Positions 13,572 through 24,955 of a DNA stretch of 64,000 nt are shown here, piece by piece. Made by a program: the position numbers and the translations under genes. Source of the DNA: Marsupella aquatica (taxonomy: Eukaryota; Plantae; Marchantiophyta); the NCBI GenBank assembly GCA_973895155.1, contig OZ316899.1:8435241-8499240 (forward strand), written 5' to 3'. The notes beneath the pieces were generated by a model. That model saw only the letters and a list, made by a program, of their open reading frames with translations. It had not been told where the DNA came from and ran no database searches. The stretch's first letter is position 1. Each line of letters begins with the position of its first letter.

Positions 13572-14231
13572 TCAAATCCAAGATATGTGGCTCCTAGCAG
13601 GAGTGCCTAGTGTAGGGTCAATGTCATGCTCAGGACAGTAAAACATCCCCTTCTTGGGCTGCCCATGCGTTGAGTGATCCCAAATTGTTCGATCATGGGC
13701 AAATCCCCTATGCTGGATAAACAGCAGGCAGTCCTTGTGCCATGCCTTAGGACACCTCATGCACTGAACCAAAAAACCATTAGCCCCATCATTGGGCCCT
13801 TGTCCACAAGTAAGACAAATATGGAGTCCACATGATGCTGTGCTAGGAACCAAACACTGCCGACAGTAAAACCGGGCACAGAGAGGGTCTGGACATTTTC
13901 TTACCTCTTCACCAATTTTTCCAAACACATGGCACTTAAAGCAAGAATGTTCATCATTCTTGCAATCAACACAAAGCCATTCTCCAACATGGCCATCAGC
14001 CAGGGATATAGTTGGGCATAGCCATTGCTGACCCAAAGGACAGGAAACATTCTTATGGAAATGTCGGTGGCAAGGCCCATCACAAACAATGAGATCCCCT
14101 CCCTCATCACAAATCGCACATACATGTAGACTATTCTGGTTAATCTCAATGTCTGAATATAAGGCCAATTGAGGTGCTTGAGAGGATTCACCTCTGCAAT
14201 GATTCATGGCCTTCTGCTTATTGCGAGCCAT
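13572..14231 (-). CDS. Intronless EDM2-like composite PHD-finger protein (219 aa) with an H3-tail-like N-terminus, carried by the CACTA
   Basis: ATG in accATGGCT context at 14231. CAICDEGGDLIVCDGPCHRHFH...CGLHICLTC...CMRCPKAWHKDCL...YCPEHDIDPTLGTPARSHI matches the EDM2/NSD-type PHD array as I recall it, including the EDM2-like YCxEHxIDxxLxTPxRxH tail. Confidence 0.88.
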   Translation of the reverse strand: MARNKQKAMNHCRGESSQAPQLALYSDIEINQNSLHVCAICDEGGDLIVCDGPCHRHFHKNVSCPLGQQWLCPTISLADGHVGEWLCVDCKNDEHSCFKCHVFGKIGEEVRKCPDPLCARFYCRQCLVPSTASCGLHICLTCGQGPNDGANGFLVQCMRCPKAWHKDCLLFIQHRGFAHDRTIWDHSTHGQPKKGMFYCPEHDIDPTLGTPARSHISWI

Positions 14232-15300
14232 GGTCCTACACACTCAGACCCTACATCAGATTGTGAAACAAGAAGGAATAACAGGGTGCAGCGTGACACA
14301 AAAGAATGAGGGTGCAGCATAAAATATGACATGTAACCACAAGGGAGCAGCATAAACCAATGCTTTATGGATGGCAAAGCACTAGGACTGAGCAACGCAA
14401 ATAACCTTGGCCTATGATTGGAAGCAATCACAAATATTGCAACCTGTATGCCTTCGCCTGCTGTCCAGCAGTGCTCACTCACCCTGCCTTTTTTAAATCT
14501 GTAAGGGCAACATAGAACAAATAGCAATTGAGTTTCAGCAAAGCATTGGTTCTCAAGTTTTAAAATGGACAAACTTGTTTCATTGTCTGCCTTGTGCACA
14601 GTAGGCTAAGACCGATCAGGGCAAATAATTTATATATTCAAGTAGTGAGAGCTACAAAATTTGCTGGGACAGTTTTCTAGTTCTGGATCCTGCTGTGCTT
14701 TATATACAGCAACAACCTGAATTCAATTTTTATAGACCAGCTTTTCACCACGGCTACAACTTCAAAACAATCACACAATGAAATCATGTAGAGGCATGAA
14801 GTAAACATGGGTCAAGGCTGTGAATAAAGTTCTCACCTTGTCCCTGCATAGCATTGGGAAATTCTACCCAGAGTCTAAAGCGGGAGATACCCAGGCAATG
14901 ATCCATCCCAAGTTGCGTCAGGTCTAGGAAGGTTAGTACTCTCCTAATGTGACAAGACTTCTTCTGGATCATTCTCTGTAACAAAATTTATTTGTTTGAA
15001 GTAAACGACTGAAATCATTTGATGGCAAATTCTCCATTTGGACTCTGTGGACAGTGGGGTATAATTTTGTAAGACATTCCCACTGAACACAACGAACACA
15101 ACAAACATTGCCAAACTCCATGAACTTACTAGCAGATTCTATGTTCAATTAGGCAGCATTAAATAGACTAGCCTTCCACTCAGGCAGAAACAATCCTGGC
15201 CCACTCGGGCATTAAACAGGGTCGATCTTGTCCTTCCTGTGTACGCCTCAATGCTTATTGTATGTCATTCTAACAACATTCTTCATTCGTTTACTCAAAG

Positions 15301-15485
15301 GATTCTATTATTGGACGAGAGCATCACGAAAGGAGCAGATATAAGTAAAGTTGGTGGTAGCTGATGATGAATGATCGACTGATGTTATAATCCAAGGCGA
15401 TGACGAACAAATCGATCGTCTCCGACGAGAATTGGGTCTCATGGAAAAGGGCATGGTTTATGTGAAGGGACTGTTAGAAAAATAG
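15301..15485 (+). pseudogene. CCB1: Captured terminal exon of a CCB1-like gene (cytochrome b6f heme c-i assembly factor)
   Basis: After an AG acceptor at 15299-15300 it reads (G)FYYWTRASRKEQI*VKLVVADDE*STDVIIQGDDEQIDRLRRELGLMEKGMVYVKGLLEK*. This matches the recalled plant CCB1 C-terminus (YYWKRASRKE...QGDD...EKGMVYVKG). Confidence 0.82.
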
Positions 15486-15989
15486 GTTCTCATAATTTTG
15501 GTGACAAGTTCAGGCAGAAGGTGGCTTTTAGAATTATAGATTTATCCACTTCAACTTATGCACACCACATGAGAGGGGACGACTGTCTAAGGTCGTGCAG
15601 AACTCCTGCCAAGGACATGAGCACGTTTTTGTTCAATTCGGCGTTGGAACTCAAGCAGTACCATTCAGAGGGAAAATGACAATCAAACAATTGATAGGGA
15701 CTGTTGGAAATCAACAGCAGACAGAATGGAAAACTCGGAAGAACTTGTGCAAACTCGAGCAGTCAGAGAGAGAGCTCTAGAGAGGGACCGAGAGGTTGAG
15801 GTAATAGTCTTGTGGCAATCGAAGGGTTTGGAACTTAACATAGCAGACACAAAAAATGTATGCTAAGCAGGAGGAGAAACAGAGCAATAGAGCAACATAG
15901 CAAGAAGGCAGGGGTAGCATAGCAAAAGGAAAGAGTAAATTGAAACTATGAAACATAGCCAGATTGAAGGGGAAGAAGCGCACAACCTC

Positions 15990-16320
15990 TTGCAGCTCCC
16001 GTAGCTCCTCCCGTAGCTCCCAATGTAACCTCCCGCAGCTCCCGCAGCACGTTGACAAACGGTGAGACCTCCCGCAGCTCTTCCCGCAGCTCCTGCCTGC
16101 TGTGACCTCCCGAAGCTCCACCAATGTGACCTCCCGCAGCTCCACCACTCCTCTGCAGCTTAGTTATCCCCAATCACAGCTCGCAACTCCTTCCCAATGA
16201 ACCCTAAACCACTCCTCGCAGCCGAGCTCACAGCTTATGACCCGTAGGTTATCACCAATCACAGCTCATCGCCCTTTGCTGAGGTAGCCTCCCGCAGCTC
16301 CTTCGTAATGTATTGTCCCA
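15990..16320. repeat. GC-rich short-motif array (acctcccgcagctcc variants) on the 5' side of the CACTA genes
   Basis: Repeated cc(t)cccgcagctcc / ccgtagctcc units. Confidence 0.8.
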
Positions 16321-17779
16321 AGTCTCCTCCTCACCCACTAGTTATCATCGATCGCACGTCGTCGCCCTTCGCAGCTTTCTGAGACATATAGCTCCAACGC
16401 CAAATGCTCCGCAATGTTGCGCGACACTGCAACAATGGATTGGAGCTCTTCCGTGGTAGTAGCTCCCAAGTCCTACCGGCTCACCCTAAGCTTCCTACTC
16501 CCCTGACCGCGCGCAGCACCCTGATACAGTTTGTGGGAAGAAACGGAGTGCGCACTCCACAAAAGCTGCCTCAACTCGCAATTGAACTCAAATGCGCCCC
16601 GCACTCCATGCACATTGCCCACCGCCACATTCCTTTGATGAAAACGCGCACCTCAACCACAAAAACCCTACATTTCACGACTTGTGCTCGACTCGACATT
16701 TGCCGTTGTGCACCTCCAATGCAGATTTGTCGACCACTTTTGTTCCGAGGGCCTACTACAAGAACGCGGGAATTGGAGCACAATGTTGATTGTATGATCC
16801 AGGGTGTGATCTCAGCCGTTGGCACTTGTGTAGGTGCCAAAAATTTAATACCTCTCCACTAGGTTGGACAATTTAATACCTCTCCACTAGGTTATAAACT
16901 TAATACCTCTCCATTATTGGTTTGCAAAAAACCCAATGAAGGTTATGGTATATCCAATTTAAAGAGAGTCCTAAAGGTCATGGCTGTTTGTGTAGGTGCC
17001 AACAAGAATGTTAAGGACGCATGTTATATATAAAAAATGATGCCCGCAATATAAAAGGTCCTTTTGGACCAAGGGAAAACCTTGGTTTTCTAACTTGGTG
17101 CTCTAGAGTTATGGCTCAAAATCACATTGACACTAAACCCATAACCCACCCCTCATTTAAACAAATTAATCCTTCATGGGAGGTGAGGGTGTTGTGGATT
17201 ACATTAGTGTAATTAACTATGTACCGGCCATGGTTTTTGGGTGATAGGTTATGTCTGCAAAAATATATGCATGCATGAACACAATTTTGGACTACCTTAT
17301 TAGTCTCACCATATGATAGTGATACTCATCCAAATGTTAGCATTTAATAGCTTTCCACTCGTGACTCAATTGAGAGAAACCCTCAATCATGACTCAAGCA
17401 CATTTATAGGGCAACTATTAGTTTCATATAGACATATGTATAGTATGTGTACTTTTGTACATGCCCTTGCCAGCACCCTCGTCTAGGGCCCACTTCACGG
17501 GCCCCTTACATGCTGCATGACCACTACATATGAGGCTATGTTGTCTAAGAGTTTTTGAGAGCATTACACCAAAGCATTAACAAGTGAGCCTTCCCATGAC
17601 TATATGACCTCCAATATGCCAACATTAATGGTTTCCAATATGACAGCGTGAGTGACCCCATGTTTAGTCCTCAGATTGAAGCACCATTTAATTCAAATGA
17701 CCCAATGAACTCCCTTGTACCTCCAAAGAGAACCCCCCAATAGCCTTTGTAAAGATCACATTTCCAGTCATTTGGTACT

Positions 17780-20630
17780 TCTGACCTCTAGTATGACAAC
17801 CAAGATTACCCTAATTTGAGGTGTTTTCATTAATGACCACATATGCAGTCAATTGCTCCAAATGACCTCCAATGTGACTACCAAAATGACCATTACTGTA
17901 GTCATTGGCATTAATGACACACATTATGTGAAAATGACCCAATGAAGAGTATCATACCTCTCGGAGTGCCCCCTTACAATTCCTTTGGAATTTAATAGAA
18001 TATATCCAAAATCCAAATATCGGCACAAACATGACATAGTTATATAGAAGGACATAGTCTTCCACTAGTATTGCACTATATACCTCTTGGAGAGACAAAA
18101 ACAATTTTTGTTTGCCTTTGGAACGGATGGTATGCATGCATGGTGACACTTTTGGCAAATCACTCCAAAGTCGTATAACTTGGGAGTGATTTTCCCCAGG
18201 GTTGCATCATCCCTTAAGTAATTGCAAAAACATGGCTCCAAAGTGCTCATGGTGCAACTAGTGGTTGGAGAATAGTGGGTATAGTACCCTGCACCTTGTG
18301 GAGAGGTTGCCACCTTCATGTAGGGCCCCATGGCACACTAGGGCCACCTTAAGCTCCTAGACCCAAAAGGGTCATTCTGATGGTCCATAATGACACCATG
18401 AGGGACCTCTATAATGACCCCATATGCAGTCATTTGGCACAAATGACTTCCAAAAGGACTGCCACAATGACCCTTACTGCAGTCTTTGGCATTAATGACA
18501 CAATTCCTCCAAAATGACCCAATGAAGATTACAACACCTACTCACAATGCACCGACACTATTCATATGCAAAATGGAGTATTCCCCATCCAAACACCGGC
18601 ACAAACATGACACAATTACATCACAAGATGACAACCTTCCATTGGTGTTGCACTACTTCTTGGAGAGACAAAGAAATGGTTCCATTTGCCTTTGGATACA
18701 ACGGTATGCATCCATGGTGACACTTTTGGCAAATCACTCCAAAGTCGTATGATTTGGAAGTGATTTCCCCAAAGGTGCATTGTGCCTTAAGTAAACGCAA
18801 AAACATGTGTCCAAAGTGTTTATGTCGCAACAAGTGGTTGGACAATGATGAGTATAGTGTCCCGCACCTAGTGGAGAGTTTCTCACCTCTATGTGGGGCC
18901 ACATGGCACTCTAGGGCCCACCTTCAGCCCCTAGCCCCAAACTGGTCATTTGTGCTTTTGTTTGATGACTGCATGGGGGACCACACAAATGACCACAAGT
19001 CTAGTCACTTGATTTATATGACATCCCATATGACAGTTTTAATGACTCTACTTGTAGTCATTGGCATTTATGACACAAATTTGTCTAGAAATGACCCAAT
19101 AAAGATTACACCACATCCTTGATTGCCCTGTCACTATTCATTTGCAAAATAGAATATTCCTCATCCAAACAAAGGCACAAACATGACACAATTACATGGA
19201 AGGATGATAGTCTTCCATTGGTGTTGCACTACTTCTTGCAGAGACAAAAAATGGCTTCATTTCCCTTTGGATAGGATGGTATGCATCAAGGGTGACACTT
19301 TTGGCAAATCAATCCAAAGTCGTATGACTTGGGAGTGATTTCCCCAAGATTGTATCATCCCTTAAGTAAACACAGAAATGAGATACCAAAGTGCTAATGG
19401 TGCAACTAGTGGTTGGAGAATAATAAATATAGTATAATTTGGCACCTAGTGGAGGGGTTGCGAGCTCTATGTGGGGCTACTTGGCACTCTAGCGCCAACC
19501 TCCAGCCCTTAGCCCCAAATTGGTCATTCAGGCTTGTCTTCAATGATTGCACTAGGGACCTTTCAAATGACAACAAGTCCAGTCATTAGACTTATATGAC
19601 ATCCCATATGACAGTTTTAATGACCCTTCTTGTAGTCATTGGCATTTATGACGGGCCATTGGTCACATATGACCCAACAAAGGCCCTAGTACCTTCAAAG
19701 AGAGCCCGCAATAGATTCCTTGCAAGGTTGGAATATTCCTCTTCCCTAAACCCGCACCCACACCATAAAGAGAAGCACGACTCCCCTGCCCATTCCATTG
19801 GTGCAGCACTACCTCTTGGAGAACCTAAAAACAACTTTTATTTGCCTTTGGATGTGATGGTATGCATGCACGGTGACACTTTTGGCAAATCACTCCAAAG
19901 TCGTACGACTTGGGAGTGATTTCCCCAAAGGTGCATCATGCCTTAAGTAAACGCAAAAACATGTGTCCAAAGTGTTTATGTCGCAAGTAGTGGTTGGACA
20001 ATGATGAGTATAGTGTCCTGCACCAAGTGGAGGGGTTCTCACCTCTATGTGGGGCCCCATGGCACTCTAGGGCCCACCTCCAGCCCCTTGCCCCAAACTG
20101 GTCATTAGTGCTTGTGTTTAATGACTGCATGAGGGAACACACAAATGACCACAAGTCCAGTCACTTGACTTATATGACAGTCCATATGACAAATTTAATG
20201 ACCCTACTTGTAGTCATTGGTATTTGTGATGCAAATGTTTTTAGAAATGACCCAATAAAGATTACACTAGCTCCTTGAATGCCCCATCACTATTCATTTG
20301 CAAATTAAAATATTCCCCATCCAAACACCGGCACAAACATGACACAATTACAACAAAGGATGACAACCTTCCATTGGTATTGCCCTACTTCTTGGAGAGA
20401 CAAAAAGGCTTCATTTGCCTTCGGATACGATAGTATGCATCTATATATGGGAACACTTCTGGCAAATCACTCCAAAGGTGTATGACTTGAGAGTGATTTC
20501 CCCAAAGCTAGGTGCATCATGCCTTAAGTAAATACAAGACATGTGTTCAAATTGCTAATGCCGCAACCAGTGGGAGGACAATGATGAGTATTGTGTCCCG
20601 CATTTAGTGGAAGGGTTATCAACTATATTA
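17780..20630. repeat. ~577-bp tandem array (~5 diverged copies) inside the CACTA
   Basis: The anchor tttggcaaatc(a)ctccaaag recurs at ~18151, 18725, 19300, 19881 and 20458. Confidence 0.92.
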
Positions 20631-20699
20631 ATGACTCTACAATTATGACCGGTGTCTGGAATAACTATTGAGTATTTTAATCTTCATATCTCTTGGGTT

Positions 20700-21310
20700 C
20701 TTTAATGACTCTATAAGTAGTCATTTATGCAATAAGTCCATAATGACTATATGTTATTGTAAACATTGATATATCGTGATTTTTAGATTGACCCTATATT
20801 TAGTCATTTATGCGACAAGTCTATAATGACAGTATGTTGTTGTAAACACTGATATATCCTAGTTTCAGTATTGACTTTGGAGTTAGTCATTTATGAGAGA
20901 AGTCCATAATGACGGTATGTTCTTGTAAATACTGATATGTCCTAATTTCAAGATTGACCCTAGAGTTAGTCATTTATGAGAGAAGTCCATAATGATGGTA
21001 TGTTCTTGTAAACACTGATATGTCCTAATTTCAAGATTGACCCTAGAGTTAGTCATTTATGAGAGAAGTCCATAATGATGGTATGTTCTTGTAAACACTG
21101 ATATGTCCTAATTTCAAGATTGACCCTAGAGTTAGTCATTTATAAGAGAAGTCCATAATGACGGTATGTTCTTGTAAACACTGATATGTCCTAATTTCAA
21201 GATTGACCCTAGAGTTAGTCATTTATGAGAGAAGTTTATAATGACGGTATGCTATTGTAAACACTGATATATTCTCATTTTCAGATTGACCCTATATTTT
21301 GTCATTTAAC
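20700..21310. repeat. 83-bp tandem array (~7 copies) in the CACTA subterminal region
   Basis: agttagtcatttat recurs at 20881, 20964, 21047, 21130 and 21213, with degenerate flanking copies. Confidence 0.95.
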
Positions 21311-21699
21311 ACCGTTGGTTAAAATGACGGAAATACATTTTTTGTCATTTATCACCGTTGTCCAAAATGACCCAAATAAATTTTTGGTCATTTCAATCAT
21401 TGTTCAGAGTGACTTTAATGGTGCTAAACACTGATTTATCATTGTTGTTATTAATTGCGTCATTTAAGACATGTGTCTAAATTGACCATTTAGGGAAATT
21501 GGGTCATTTTGGTCGCATCAGTCATTACAAACATTATACAAAATGACCCAAAAGTTAACATTTTGTCATTTCAGTCTATTGGTCATTGTGGACAGTCATT
21601 CTCCTGTCATTCTTTTTGTGTCATTAGAAATTTTGGTCATTTATTCATCTCCGTCATTGGGTGATTGGTTATAAAGGGCCCTATTTTCTTCTAGTGGCA

Positions 21700-22350
21700 T
21701 CTGGTTGTAGTTGAGACCTGAGCAATACCACGGGAACATAAGTAGGAAGCTGGCTCCCAGATATGCGGGGCCCTATTGCATCATACGATGGGCCCACAAG
21801 GATAATCCGGTTTTGGTGGTGTTGGATACACCCAAGGAAATGGGCGTGGGCAAAAGCTACCATGTTAGCCGGCTCAAGAAGTTTGTCAAAGACGATGATC
21901 CCAACTGGGATCAGGTCTTGCGTCCGAATGCCATGCTGGTGGAGGATGCTGAGGAGTTTGAGGTGGAGGCAATTCTGGACCCCTAGGCCTTCACTCCATG
22001 TAAAAGAAGTGGACCCCCTGCGATCGGGCCCTTTTCGTGTTTACCCCTTGTTATTTTTGTTTTACCATTAAAAGTTCCCCTATTACCGGTAATAATTATA
22101 ATTATTAGTTTAAAATGAAGAAAAACTACCCTTTGAGCGTTCACACGTCCTCCATGTATTAGTTAAGACTGAGGGCCCAGGGTTTTGGACCACCATTACA
22201 AACGCAAATTGGGGAGGCGAATCTTAGAGTATTTGGTGAAGTGGGCTGGCTACGACCAGGCCGAGAGTACTTGGGAGCCAGAAGAAAATTTGGGTAATGC
22301 CTGAGAGATCCTTGGAAGCTATCGTAAGCGAAGCGGCCTACCGCCATTGT
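21700..22350 (+). pseudogene. Gypsy integrase C-terminus (GPY/F motif) and chromodomain, split by a MITE
   Basis: KLAPRYAGPY; EEFEVEAILD|HHYKRKLGRRILEYLVKWAGYDQAESTWEPEENL after removing 21981-22190. Confidence 0.92.
21981..22182. mobile_element. 202-bp MITE, hAT-like (8-bp TSD)
   Basis: TIRs CCCTAGGCCTTCA and revcomp CCCTGGGCCCTCA (11/13). TSD ttctggac (21973-21980) vs ttttggac (22183-22190). Confidence 0.85.
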
Positions 22351-22756
22351 GAACTGGTACAGGCAGCTGTAGCTACCTTTGTGAGTTGTATCCTAGTTTC
22401 ACTCCTCTCGGCCTCTTAAGGATAAAGTCGGACTGCGTTGGTGCTAGAGGTTGTTGGGTGGCCGATTTACTTTTTGCGAGTGGAAGTCGACGGTGCCCGC
22501 TGGTTCAAACCAAAGGGGAGTACCCCAAGGGAAGGACAACGGGTCCGACGAGTTTGGAGTTAGCTTACCCGTTTGGACTGGCATCCTACTTGGATAAGTG
22601 GGATAGGTTAGAATTTCCTAAGTCTGGAATGCGCATACCAACCTGGTTTGCATCAGCCTTATGGGCAAACCATTTGTTACCTCATAAAAATTTTAAGGCC
22701 CAAAGTGGTCTAGGCGTGTTGGAACGTTTACTGAGGTCACGCGGACGTGACCATTT

Positions 22757-24228
22757 TTAAGGGGGGATGCAAGTCGCAGAACTCGACTACCTTAACACTT
22801 AGCTCCAGCGTCATTGACTCCGACGCTGAGCTCCCTTATGGTCCAGGCCCGGATAGGCCATTCGGGGAGGACTTAGCATGGGGAGACTTATGGCCAATGA
22901 GACATGGCACTAGCGAGGCAAGGACCAAGCTAGGGACACATACTAAGGACTTGGACTAGCTGATAGCTGGTCGAGTCAAGGGGAAATGGGCCGGGCTCAA
23001 GGATGGCCGTCCGGATCTCCGGATGGACTTTGAGTTCTGGGGGCTTGAGTGTGAGCTCCTCTTGGGCCCAAGGCCAATGGAAGTGACGCCATGGGCAATG
23101 GACGCTTGGGGCGCAAGTTATGGCCTGATCCGGGTTGGGCCGGTTGGGGGCCCCGAGCGGCGATCAGACCTGAGGGCCTAGGCATGAGCACTCGGTTGGC
23201 CCGATCACAACGGGCTAAGCCACTCCGCTTGCAGATGCCTAACGGGAAAGTTATGGGCGTTGCGAGTTGGTGGCGCGCCCATGCATTATGCGAGATAGGA
23301 TCCGGGTTGGGGGCCAAATGTTTAGGGACCAAAGCTGGTCCGGGGGTGGCAGGTCTCCAGAAGCATATATGAGGGGAGTGGTGTCTCCCTGGGGGCTAAG
23401 GGCGAGCCAAAGTCATGAGCCGCGGCGGTCGTGACACTATAAGAAACCGTCAAACGGAAATGGCGATATCTTCCTAACAGGAAGTCTGTTGGAGGACTTC
23501 TTGGGTGCATTGGAAAGCTCTTGAGGAGGGCCACGCCCTCCTGGGCTCAAATGGGTCTGGGGGCGCCATGGGTTCTCGTGGTTTGCAGGTGTTAGCTCGC
23601 TCGCTTGCCAAATCCTGCCGAAGAACAGCCAAGCCGCGTTCAGTCTCCCAAGGGAGCTTGCGTTGGGGAGGCAAGGCCAAGTAGGTGTGGAGGCTGAGAT
23701 CCAAGGGTGCTTGGCCCCTAGACCATCAGTGGGGCAAACCGGGAGTTGGTTGCTAGAGTCGGGGCCGTTCTGGTCCCGGCGTGTTGGGACAAGCTAAGCT
23801 ATTTGGGCCATGAGCATGTCCTGAGGTCAAGGCGGTAAGTTGGTGATGGATAGGTACGAGGGGGAACCCGGGCTGCGCCCAAGGAAGAAGTTGTTCTGAA
23901 CAAACAGTGGGCGTGGGTTCTGGTTCCGGCTTATGGCTGACCTATTTACCAATGTCTGTTGAGCTTGAGTTAGGATGCTAGACTTGGCGAGTTCTAGATA
24001 ATGAAGGGTCACTTACCGAGGTGCTTGGTTGCTTGTGCAGACAATGAGGGCCGTTGAGTAGCGGTCGTGTAGGTGAGCAAGTGCGGCTTCGTATGGGAGG
24101 GGCCGCGGGTGGTGCAAGGGGCACTAGGGTGCTTGCTCGAGGTATTCAGTGGAGACGTTCGGGCACCAAGGGCACTTAGGCGTGAGTGTTGGGATTGGTG
24201 AGGGCGCTGGGTGGCAAGGTCCACCACA
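22757..24228 (+). repeat. Gypsy PPT (aagggggga) and 3' LTR (TG at 22768 to probable CA at 24228)
   Basis: A purine tract directly precedes TGCAAGTCGC. The GC-rich block ends ...ccaccaca, 8 bp before an L1 ORF2 ATG. The right boundary cannot be confirmed without the 5' LTR. Confidence 0.7.
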
Positions 24229-24236
24229 AGTGAGAA

Positions 24237-24955
24237 ATGGATCCTTTTTGGACCTTTGCATCCTGGAACGTTTGTGGGCTGTGTGATCCTAATCGGAAGC
24301 ACATTGTGAAGGACTGGATTCGTTCTCTCCATTGTCCACTTATGGCTTTGGCATTACAGGAGGTGAAAGCTGATCAATTTCATTTAGATCTTGCATTGCG
24401 GGCTATTTTTCCAGGATATCAGTGTTTCTCATCTGCTCCTGACGAGGGGAAGGAAGGTTCAGCTATTATGAGGGTATGGCACCCGTGACAGAAAACAGGT
24501 TTCCTGGGAGCACCAAAATTTTTCCTGTTACCAGCAAAAAATTATTGTTACCATGGAAAAATGACAATCAAATTTTTTTTCTAAAAAGTCACATTTTTCC
24601 AAAAAAATTAATTACAACATTTTTTGGCTGGTTTTGGGCGCCAGCAAAAAAAACATTTTTTTTCCTGTTAACAGTTTTTGTTTCCTGTTACCAGTTTTTG
24701 TTTGCTATTACTGTTTGCTGTTTGCTATCATTTGTAAATACCTCCTATTATGATGCATCCATCAATGAAGGTTATTGCTACTGGACAGGTGGATAAAGGC
24801 AGAGCAGTGTGGGTACAGGTGGAACATGAGAAAGGGAACTTTGGGTTGATGAGTATCTATGCTCTGAATTGTTCTCGTGAGCGTGTCCTACTATGGAATG
24901 AAATTAAGGAAGTACTTCCGCATGATAGATGGATTCTATGTGGAGATTTCAATAT
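24237..24955 (+). pseudogene. L1-type LINE ORF2 endonuclease fragment, interrupted by a MITE and 3'-truncated
   Basis: ASWNVCGL...ALQEVK...GSAIM|MHPSMKV...WILCGDFN; colinear with the endonuclease of the L1 at 40709. Confidence 0.9.
24471..24744. mobile_element. 274-bp non-autonomous DNA transposon (hAT-like, 8-bp TSD CTATTATG)
   Basis: TSD at 24463-24470 and 24745-24752. Short imperfect TIRs (agggtat/atacctc) and repeated tttcctgtta(c/a)cag motifs. Removing it restores the L1 frame. Confidence 0.82.

Larger units (their letters stand above)
4679..21696 (-). mobile_element. Full-length CACTA (En/Spm) DNA transposon, ~17.0 kb
   Basis: Left TIR CACTAGTAGAAAA starts at 4679. Right end ttttcttctagtg ends at 21696 (revcomp CACTAGAAGAAAA, 12/13 match). 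3-bp TSD GCA at 4676-4678 and 21697-21699. TnpD- and TnpA-like genes lie on the minus strand. Confidence 0.97.
1..24228 (+). mobile_element. Ty3/Gypsy chromovirus-type LTR retrotransposon; 5' end lies outside the window; interrupted by a CACTA (4679-21696) and a MITE (21981-22182)
   Basis: Domain order is gag-CCHC-PR-RT-RH-INT-chromodomain. Integrase reads FEIGES|IWL*LRPEQY across the CACTA insertion. A PPT and 3' LTR follow. Confidence 0.93.

Noticed and set aside
14200-14210. K9M oncohistone-like inhibitor
   Set aside because: The Met aligns to H3 position 8, not 9, and the surrounding ARKS context is lost; not supportable.
13572-14243. Host EDM2 gene, or the ORF-track start at 14243
   Set aside because: The ORF lies within CACTA TIRs, is intronless and lacks the other EDM2 domains; the first ATG is at 14231.
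18486-20278. Recurrent short ORFs (e.g. APxHSRAHLQPLAPNWS)
   Set aside because: These are translations of the ~577-bp tandem repeat in inconsistent frames.
20700-21310. CRISPR-like regular repeats (also 46100-46500)
   Set aside because: These are head-to-tail tandem units with no unique spacers and no cas genes, in a eukaryotic TE context.
22386-24332. Short ORFs in the Gypsy 3' UTR/LTR
   Set aside because: There are no recognisable domains, and such ORFs are expected by chance in GC-rich sequence.
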